Positions 58,165-64,000 of a DNA stretch of 64,000 nt are shown here, one piece after another (position 1 is the stretch's first letter; each line of letters starts with the position of its first letter). Source of the DNA: a virus. Location of the stretch: positions 39,538-103,537 of IMG/VR virus record IMGVR_UViG_3300044691_000274; one strand, written 5' to 3'. A model generated the notes under the pieces. The model did not search any database and was not told where the DNA came from. It saw only the letters and a list, made by a program, of their open reading frames with translations. A program made the position numbers and the translations under genes.

Positions 58165-58345
58165 ACGAAATCAATGGTCACAAAAGACCTCGCATCCTCG
58201 GTCGGGGCGTGTAACTCGCGATATATCAAATACTTAGATGGCCCAGTGCGCCAAAAAGACTCCCACGTAAACCATGGCCTCACAAAGCGCAGTGTCGCAC
58301 CAGAGTGCCGTTGCAATGCGCGTGCTGTGCAGTTAAAGTCATCCG
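58111..58345. other. Putative attP region with IHF consensus and short arm-like repeats
   Basis: Directly after int; TATCAAATACTTA (58224-58236) matches WATCAANNNNTTR; GGCGCAC/GTGCGCC at 58111, 58139, 58246. Confidence 0.55.
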
Positions 58346-58389
58346 CAAGGCGTTTTGATTTCCCCTTTCCCCCACCCCTGGAGTCCCCC

Positions 58390-58659
58390 ATGTTTGAAAC
58401 CCTCGTCGCTCTAATCCCGTCATGGGATCACTTCGTTGGCGGAGCCTCAGTCGCGGCCGGCGTCGGCGCTTGGTCCGGCGTCAAGAAGGCTTACACCTGG
58501 GTCGAGAACGAAGTCGCCCCCCTCTTGAAGGACCTCCGCGCATTTCGGGCACAAGCGGCCGTCGCCGCGAACAAGGCCGTTGCCGAGGCCAAGGTCGTCT
58601 CCGCGCCGGTCGCGGCTGCGGTCGCCCCGGTCGTGGCTGAGGTCGCCGCGAAGGTCTGA
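58390..58659 (+). CDS. Small Ala/Val-rich membrane protein
   Basis: RBS GGAG; hydrophobic N-terminus; followed by hairpin 58670-58697. Confidence 0.6.
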   Translation: MFETLVALIPSWDHFVGGASVAAGVGAWSGVKKAYTWVENEVAPLLKDLRAFRAQAAVAANKAVAEAKVVSAPVAAAVAPVVAEVAAKV

Positions 58660-59134
58660 TCAAAAAACAACGGGGGGTTGGAACAACCAACTCCCCGCCT
58701 ACCGTTGGTTGCGCTCAGATTTTCCCCGCAAGAGGCGTGGGAATACCCCCAATATGGCGATTGAGTGTTTTCCTCAAGACGAAGAAACGGATCACGGGAA
58801 CGTGTTCGGCCCTGGTGATTTGGGTCCGTTTCGCGATGAAACAGTCAGTTAAGTGACCTTGGGTGATACCCACACATGTGTCATGCACATCGGCTGGACA
58901 GCAACGTAGGATAAGAGCACCGTAGACCCATAATAAAACAAAAGAAAGCGGAGGCTAAAGGTGGCTGGTACAACTTGTTGGAGAAAAGATAGTATTTCAT
59001 CTGAGAACGAATGGCATAGAACAATATGGGCTTGGCGCAATCCAACGGCCGGCGGGACCTATCGCGAAGGCATGGTAATCTTGGTCGGATTGGAACCAAC
59101 CAGTGGTTGTGACCAGCAAATCCACCGAGAAGAC

Positions 59135-59422
59135 ATGACTCACGAGTTCCAAGCGTACGAGATTGATCCACGCACGCCTGTTGACCTTAAGAAAAGCCTA
59201 TTCGAGCAGCCTGGACTAACCCCCATGATGCCGTGGTGCGTGGCTTTTCAGTTCCCAGCCCTGTCGAACGCAGACGCGGACCTTCGCATCGGCAACCTGG
59301 TTGACCTCGTGGTCAAAAACATCCTGCCGGTGGACATCCCAGGCGAATGGCGCCGGTTCTTCCCGGAGGGTCTTGAGGTCCATCGCAAGGACAAGACAGC
59401 CGGACTCGCCAAAGCAGCATGA
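59135..59422 (+). CDS. Hypothetical protein (start uncertain)
   Basis: ORF ends at hairpin CACGGGGG/CCCCCGTG 59430-59454. Confidence 0.5.
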   Translation: MTHEFQAYEIDPRTPVDLKKSLFEQPGLTPMMPWCVAFQFPALSNADADLRIGNLVDLVVKNILPVDIPGEWRRFFPEGLEVHRKDKTAGLAKAA

Positions 59423-59549
59423 CAGCAACCACGGGGGTGGACAAAACCCCCGTGCAATTGCCTGCAATCTTAGCAAAAAGCTAGTTGCACAATCGCCCCC
59501 TGCTGGTGTAAGACAAGGCACGTGCAGTTAACTGCAACGGAGCTTGACA

Positions 59550-59843
59550 ATGACGCTATTCAAATTTGGCTGGGGCCTCTCCGGCAAGATCATGGCAGCG
59601 CCCGACCAGCACAACGTACAAGACGTGCTCGGGCCGGCGGTGAAGCTGGTAGCTCTCCCGGTCAACGGGACAGCGTTCCCGCCCCCGAAGTGGATCATCG
59701 GCAACGCGGCCGGCACCGCGTCGATCACGGACTGCTTCGGCGACACACTGCTCCTTTTCCCGATCACGGGCGGAGAGCAGCATATCGCCTGCACCGCGAT
59801 CAACACGCTCGTGACGACCGCCAAGGTTTGGGGCGCCTACTGA
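59550..59843 (+). CDS. Small beta-rich protein, possibly GTA head-spike base (Rcc01079)-like
   Basis: 'PKWIIGNAAG...ITD..G.T....I..G...I....I....T...VW..Y' pattern and size. Confidence 0.4.
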   Translation: MTLFKFGWGLSGKIMAAPDQHNVQDVLGPAVKLVALPVNGTAFPPPKWIIGNAAGTASITDCFGDTLLLFPITGGEQHIACTAINTLVTTAKVWGAY

Positions 59844-59852
59844 GTTCAAGCC

Positions 59853-60275
59853 ATGAAGATTTCCTACAGCCGTCGCGCCGCCGACACGCCAGCGTTCGCC
59901 CTCATTGCTGAAGGGTGGAACGAACTCGTCCAGGGCGGGCTAACGCCTGAGCTGCGGGGCGACTCTCCTGTCGGCACTGAGAACCAAGTGCTCTACGCTG
60001 AGCGCGAGGACGGGGAGATCGTCGCATTCTTGTGTTTCACCCACCACGAGGCGCTCAGCAGCTTCTCCGTTTCCTTGGCCTACGTCGAGCCCACCAGCCG
60101 CAAGCAGGGTGTCTTCCGGGATATGTGGGCCGCGCTGATTGAGCGCGCCAAGCGGGCGAAGGTGCGGCGCGTGACCGTGGACGTCCATCCGGACAACGAG
60201 AACATGACCGAGGTCATGTCCCGGCTCTCCATGCCGGTCGTCGCTTGGACTTACGAAGCGCTCCTTGAGGTTTGA
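59853..60275 (+). CDS. GNAT family acetyltransferase
   Basis: 'DGEIVAF', 'YVEPTSRKQGV', 'VHPDN..M'. Confidence 0.85.
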   Translation: MKISYSRRAADTPAFALIAEGWNELVQGGLTPELRGDSPVGTENQVLYAEREDGEIVAFLCFTHHEALSSFSVSLAYVEPTSRKQGVFRDMWAALIERAKRAKVRRVTVDVHPDNENMTEVMSRLSMPVVAWTYEALLEV

Positions 60276-60277
60276 GC

Positions 60278-60592
60278 ATGCCCGAGGTCACAGACTGGGG
60301 AAAAGAGATCAAGAGGCTTCGCCTGGAGAACGGGCACACGCATCGCTCTCTAGCTGCTGCCGCTGGCGTGAGCCGATCATTCCTGAACGACATCGAGAAC
60401 GGCCTAACCGTTGGCAAAACTGACGTCGTCGCGAAGACGATGGCCTTCTTCGGCTTTGACCTGGACGCCTGCGCGCGGACCAGCCCAGAGGAGCAACTCC
60501 GCCTGCAAGCGATGGTGGAGACCAACCCGGCGCGCCGCTCCGTATTAGCCGCAAAGCGTCTCGTGACAATGTTCCCCTTGACTCGGGGCTGA
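60278..60592 (+). CDS. XRE-family HTH regulator
   Basis: 'IKRLRLENGHTHRSLAAAAGVSRSFLNDIENG'. Confidence 0.9.
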   Translation: MPEVTDWGKEIKRLRLENGHTHRSLAAAAGVSRSFLNDIENGLTVGKTDVVAKTMAFFGFDLDACARTSPEEQLRLQAMVETNPARRSVLAAKRLVTMFPLTRG

Positions 60593-60643
60593 CCCTCGAC
60601 CATTGTGCAAACAACTGCAATCCCGCTAGCATGGAGGCTGGGG

Positions 60644-61318
60644 ATGAACGATCAGCTGACGGCCCTGAAAATCGTGCGTGCCTTTTACGCAGATATGGCG
60701 CCTGCAGGAGCGAAGTGCGCTTACAGCGGGAAATCGCTTGCGAGCGCGTTGGCGGCCCAGGACAACTGCCTCCAAGTCGTTGACCAGATCATCGCGAAGC
60801 TGCAGGCGTCGCCAACCACGAACGACCAGCGCATCAGCTCCATGCAGCTAGTCTACGAGGCGGCCGACGCGTACCTGCAGGAGAGCTTGTTCGACCCAGA
60901 CGCTGCTGTCCTTCAAAGCGCGCTGGGAGTCGTGGACGTTATGATCACGGAAGCCGAGGACGCGGGCCTTGACTGGAAGGACGCGGTCAAGCTCGCGAAC
61001 AACGTCACGAACAACCACGGCCACGTCGAAGGGATGCTGTGCATCTCCACGTCACATCTCACCGAGATGACGGCGCACGGCTTGGGCACGGATTTGGCGC
61101 CAGAGGTCATTGGTTACAACCACGGACAATATGGTTGGCAGGTCAGCATCCCGCTCGAAGAGAACGCCTGGGACATAGTGAAGGCGCATAACAAAGCCGG
61201 TGCCCTCCCGGACGACCTCTTCGGCTGCATGGAATTCGCGCGAAGTTTGGATTGTCCGTGGTTGCTGCTCGACCAAGACGCGGCGGCTATTTCGGACTTG
61301 AAAACCTATGACTGGTAA
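60644..61318 (+). CDS. DUF5983-like protein
   Basis: 'CISTSHL', 'YGW', 'LPDDL..CM.FAR..DC.WLLLD.DA.....YDW'; promoter TTGACT...CATTGT and TGCA box 60606 upstream. Confidence 0.65.
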   Translation: MNDQLTALKIVRAFYADMAPAGAKCAYSGKSLASALAAQDNCLQVVDQIIAKLQASPTTNDQRISSMQLVYEAADAYLQESLFDPDAAVLQSALGVVDVMITEAEDAGLDWKDAVKLANNVTNNHGHVEGMLCISTSHLTEMTAHGLGTDLAPEVIGYNHGQYGWQVSIPLEENAWDIVKAHNKAGALPDDLFGCMEFARSLDCPWLLLDQDAAAISDLKTYDW

Positions 61319-61354
61319 ACGATGATGCAATCAACTGCAACGTCGGAGGCTGCC

Positions 61355-61594
61355 ATGACACTCAACGATTTCTTCGAGCGCATCTCCCTTGAAGCGGCCA
61401 AGAGCTTCCCCGATCTCGTGGGACTCGTGATCTGCGCGCAAGGCGGCGAAGGCGACGAGACGGCCATCACCTCATTCACGAACCTGGAGCCCGAGGATGC
61501 TCTGGACTTAGCCATAGACGCGTTCAGCTCCGAGACGGACGAAACGGTGCTGGGCGCCGAGAGCGACCCTGACTGGGATGGGAGATTACATTGA
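61355..61594 (+). CDS. Acidic hypothetical protein
   Basis: RBS GGAGG. Confidence 0.6.
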   Translation: MTLNDFFERISLEAAKSFPDLVGLVICAQGGEGDETAITSFTNLEPEDALDLAIDAFSSETDETVLGAESDPDWDGRLH

Positions 61595-61956
61595 AGCCAA
61601 TCAAGCTGACTTCGTTCTCGTATCGAAACGGCGCCCCTCCCAAGGATGCGACCACCATCATCGACTGCCGGCCCATGCGGAACCCTCACCACGTCATGTC
61701 GCTGCGCCCGCTGGATGGTCGCTCGCTCGACGTCCAGGATTACGTGGGCTGCGATCCTCTGTTCCGGGACATGCGACAGGAAGTGCTGCGCGCGTGCGTG
61801 AAGACGTCGCCCACAGGAATGGCGCCGCCGGTCTCGATAGCCTTCGGCTGTTTCGGGGGCCGACACCGCTCGGTCGCATTAGCGGAGATGTCCGCCAAGA
61901 TGCTCCGGGACCTCCGCCTGCCGGTTGAACTTTCCCACACGGAACTAAGCGCATGA
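61591..61956 (+). CDS. Stand-alone RapZ C-terminal-domain protein
   Basis: 'SFSYRNGAP', 'IDCR.MRNPH...LRPLDG...DV..YV', 'IAFGCFGGRHRSVALAE', 'HTEL'. Confidence 0.85.
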   Translation: MKPIKLTSFSYRNGAPPKDATTIIDCRPMRNPHHVMSLRPLDGRSLDVQDYVGCDPLFRDMRQEVLRACVKTSPTGMAPPVSIAFGCFGGRHRSVALAEMSAKMLRDLRLPVELSHTELSA

Positions 61957-62171
61957 TCACGATCACGGTGGAAGACTACGAAGCGGTCGCCGTCCTCAAG
62001 CTGATGGATAAGTCGATCGTGATGGAGGCCAACCACCCGAGCCTTCTCCTGATGCACAAGATCATGTCGCAGGTGGTCAATCAGGGCGCAGTCCCCCTTG
62101 ACCCCGCCGCGATCAATGTTCTCGACCTGAGCACGCCGATCGACTGGCGCGGGTCAAACCAACTCAATTAA
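61953..62171 (+). CDS. Hypothetical protein
   Basis: ATGA overlap; stop codon abuts TGCA box 62172. Confidence 0.55.
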   Translation: MITITVEDYEAVAVLKLMDKSIVMEANHPSLLLMHKIMSQVVNQGAVPLDPAAINVLDLSTPIDWRGSNQLN

Positions 62172-62578
62172 TGCAAGTATTTGCACACCACGGAGTTTGA
62201 GCGATGAGCATGGAACCTTGGATCGGCGTCGACCTGGACGGCACCCTAGCCCACTACGACCACTGGCGCGGCGTGGAGCATATCGGCATCCCGATCTTGC
62301 CAATGCTGGACCGCATCCTCGTCTGGCTCCACGAAGGCAAGACGGTCAAAATCTTCACCGCGCGCGTCTGTGAGCGGGAAGACCCGCAGGAAGCCGCCCA
62401 TGCGCGCTTCTGCATCCAGCAGTGGCTGGAGTCGGTCGGGCTGCCGAAGCTTGAGGTCACGAACATCAAAGACTTCGGCATGATCTCGTTATGGGACGAT
62501 CGCGCGGTCGCCGTCAAATTCAACACCGGGGCAATCCTGGGACGCAACTAGAAACCCTCAATGCAAGTATTTGCACAC
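62170..62578 (+). repeat. 19-bp perfect direct repeat flanking the HAD gene
   Basis: AATGCAAGTATTTGCACAC at 62170-62188 and 62560-62578. Confidence 0.9.
62204..62551 (+). CDS. HAD-superfamily phosphatase (PNK 3'-phosphatase-like)
   Basis: 'IGVDLDGTLA', 'IFTAR', 'K', 'WDDRA'. Confidence 0.88.
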   Translation: MSMEPWIGVDLDGTLAHYDHWRGVEHIGIPILPMLDRILVWLHEGKTVKIFTARVCEREDPQEAAHARFCIQQWLESVGLPKLEVTNIKDFGMISLWDDRAVAVKFNTGAILGRN

Positions 62579-63046
62579 ATGCGCACTCGATCACACCCAG
62601 AGTTCGTTCGTCTTGCCCATTATCTGAAGCTCCGACGTCAGCGGGAACAGAAGCGTCAGGAGATCGAAGCAGCGTGGACCCAATACGGACCAGCCATCAC
62701 CAAGACGATGCTCAACACCGTGGCGGCCCAACGCCAGCTCAGGGCGAAGCACGCGGCTCAGGACGGGCTGTGCTTTTACTGCGAGCAGGAAGCCTGGCTC
62801 ACCGAGAAGCGCCTGAACAAAGACCTAATGTCCGAGGGCAATCCTGGGGCCGACCACCACATGAACCGGCGCCGCAAGAAGACCCAAGCCACGCGGGAGC
62901 ATCTCATCAGGAGGTGCGATGGCGGGACAGACGCCGACTCCAACATCGTCATGGCTTGCGCCGGCTGCAATCACGAACGACAGGACACACCGGTCGAAGT
63001 CTGGAAGTGGCACGTACGCGCGCGCCTCCCCCTCAACTGCGCATAG
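62579..63046 (+). CDS. HNH endonuclease
   Basis: 'Q.GLCFYC', 'ATREHL.RR..GG.D..SNIVMACAGCN..R'. Confidence 0.88.
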   Translation: MRTRSHPEFVRLAHYLKLRRQREQKRQEIEAAWTQYGPAITKTMLNTVAAQRQLRAKHAAQDGLCFYCEQEAWLTEKRLNKDLMSEGNPGADHHMNRRRKKTQATREHLIRRCDGGTDADSNIVMACAGCNHERQDTPVEVWKWHVRARLPLNCA

Positions 63047-63055
63047 GAGAATGAC

Positions 63056-63776
63056 ATGAACCTGAAAAAAGTATTCCTGGTCGCTGACCTGGGCAAGAAG
63101 CTGAATAGCGTGCGCCACAGGATAGACCGCTTCGGCAATTATCGCGACCAGAACGACCAAGGTCACACGATGCCGATCACGGGCGAAACCGAGATCAAGT
63201 TCGACGACGATAAAGTTCAGGTCCCGCGCCAGTTGGTGCTCGACATGCTCAAGAGCGCTGAGAAGCATTACGCCAAGCTGCTCAAGGCCGAGGGCATCGA
63301 CACGGACGGGGCGACATTCTGATGGCTCTGAAACAAGTCACCAGCGAGCAGTTCTTCAAGGTCGTCGGTCCAATCGACTCGATCCCCAAGGTCGACGTGA
63401 ACACGTTCAAGGATCGGCTGCACGTCTCGCACTGGGAGGTCCAGCACACCCGAAAATACCTGGGCCTCTGCAAGTCCGACAGCTGGGGCATCCTCCCCAC
63501 CGAATTTTACCTGGTGGCTCCATGAGCGATCGCCGCGAATACGCCTACCGCCAGATCGCCTACCGCGACGGGGTGGAGATCAGCAGCCAGGTGATCAAGG
63601 TCGTCTACAGCTACCACGTCGAGTTCCTGCGCGACATCGCCATGTGGAACAGCCTGGGCTTCGAGCCAAGTCCGATCGGCGGCCTCTCGTATCGCTACCT
63701 GACGTCTCACTATCACCGGGGCTCAGGGCGCTATGTCGATGACAGTGAAGCCTCGCGCAACCCGTACGAACGCTGA
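63056..63776 (+). CDS. Three small hypothetical ORFs (63056-63322, 63322-63525, 63522-63776)
   Basis: RBS AGGAG and stop/start overlaps. Confidence 0.6.
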
Positions 63777-63809
63777 CGAGTGCAATCACTTGCAAATCAG
63801 GAGACTGAA

Positions 63810-64000
63810 ATGAAACCACAGCTGTTCATCCTCGGGGACGACATTATGACGTCCCTGACCAGGGAAGAGTTCGACGCGGTCGTGGCGGATATGAAGGAGC
63901 TGAAGCTGCTGAAGCCGCCGTTTCGGAGCTTCGACATCAAGGTGTCGGCACGCGGCATGAAGACCTTGGCCGTGGATATGGGGTTCAGCGACAACGGGGC
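63810..64000 (+). CDS. Hypothetical protein, 3' truncated
   Basis: RBS CAGGAG after TGCA box 63781; open to window end. Confidence 0.55.
   Translation, partial: MKPQLFILGDDIMTSLTREEFDAVVADMKELKLLKPPFRSFDIKVSARGMKTLAVDMGFSDNG

Larger units (their letters stand above)
4195..63794. repeat. Dispersed 14-bp palindrome TGCA-RNYRNY-TGCA ('TGCA box'), at least 36 exact copies
   Basis: Exact TGCA-N6-TGCA starts read by eye: 4195, 10052, 11905, 12391, 16534, 19295, 21689, 23626, 25580, 29155, 33876, 35241, 36874, 38984, 39202, 39435, 40614, 41232, 41689, 43651, 44525, 46303, 47627, 49587, 51824, 53078, 53149, 53516, 56756, 59453, 59523, 60606, 61326, 62172, 62562, 63781. Every spacer fits RNYRNY. Near copies: 5774, 15570, 18194, 20255, 25614, 28266, 28288, 36189, 38243, 39514, 44081, 46664, 47680, 49700, 58328. 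Confidence 0.97.

Noticed and set aside
58195-58215. tRNA gene near attP
   Set aside because: Only about 9 bp resemble a tRNA end; no cloverleaf found here or elsewhere by eye
4195-63794. TGCA boxes as a CRISPR array, REP/MITE elements or known host boxes (Fur/Mur, NtrC, CtrA, LexA, FNR)
   Set aside because: Irregular spacing and only 14 bp. As I recall them, the Mur/Fur-alpha and NtrC motifs have longer spacers, and CtrA, LexA and FNR have different arms. An unrecognised host factor is not excluded.

Overview
This is 64 kb of a temperate, siphovirus-like tailed phage, probably of an alphaproteobacterial (Hyphomicrobiales-like) host. The host inference rests on the GTA-type tail module, GCTAT-type -10 elements and PEPxxWA-type sorting signals. 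Essentially all credible genes are on the + strand. Gene order: tail module (tape measure with lysozyme domain, DUF2460, split DUF2163/BR0599, NlpC/P60, large tail protein, DUF2793 fibre); lysis cassette; nucleotide-metabolism cluster; replication/recombination module (initiator with internal iterons, degenerate DnaC-like, DnaB, RNase H, primase, SSB, SF2 helicase, RecA, two resolvases, Cas4-like nuclease); a long run of small accessory genes including four exported proteins; a second structural-like cluster; xis-int-attP; more accessory genes. The most striking unexplained structure is a dispersed 14-bp palindrome, TGCA-RNYRNY-TGCA. I counted at least 36 exact copies by eye plus about 15 near copies. 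They lie mostly at gene junctions, in fixed geometry to sigma70-like promoters, and often bracket single accessory genes. This looks like a genome-wide operator ('stoperator'-like) and/or cassette-boundary system. All family assignments are from motif recognition by eye, not database searches.
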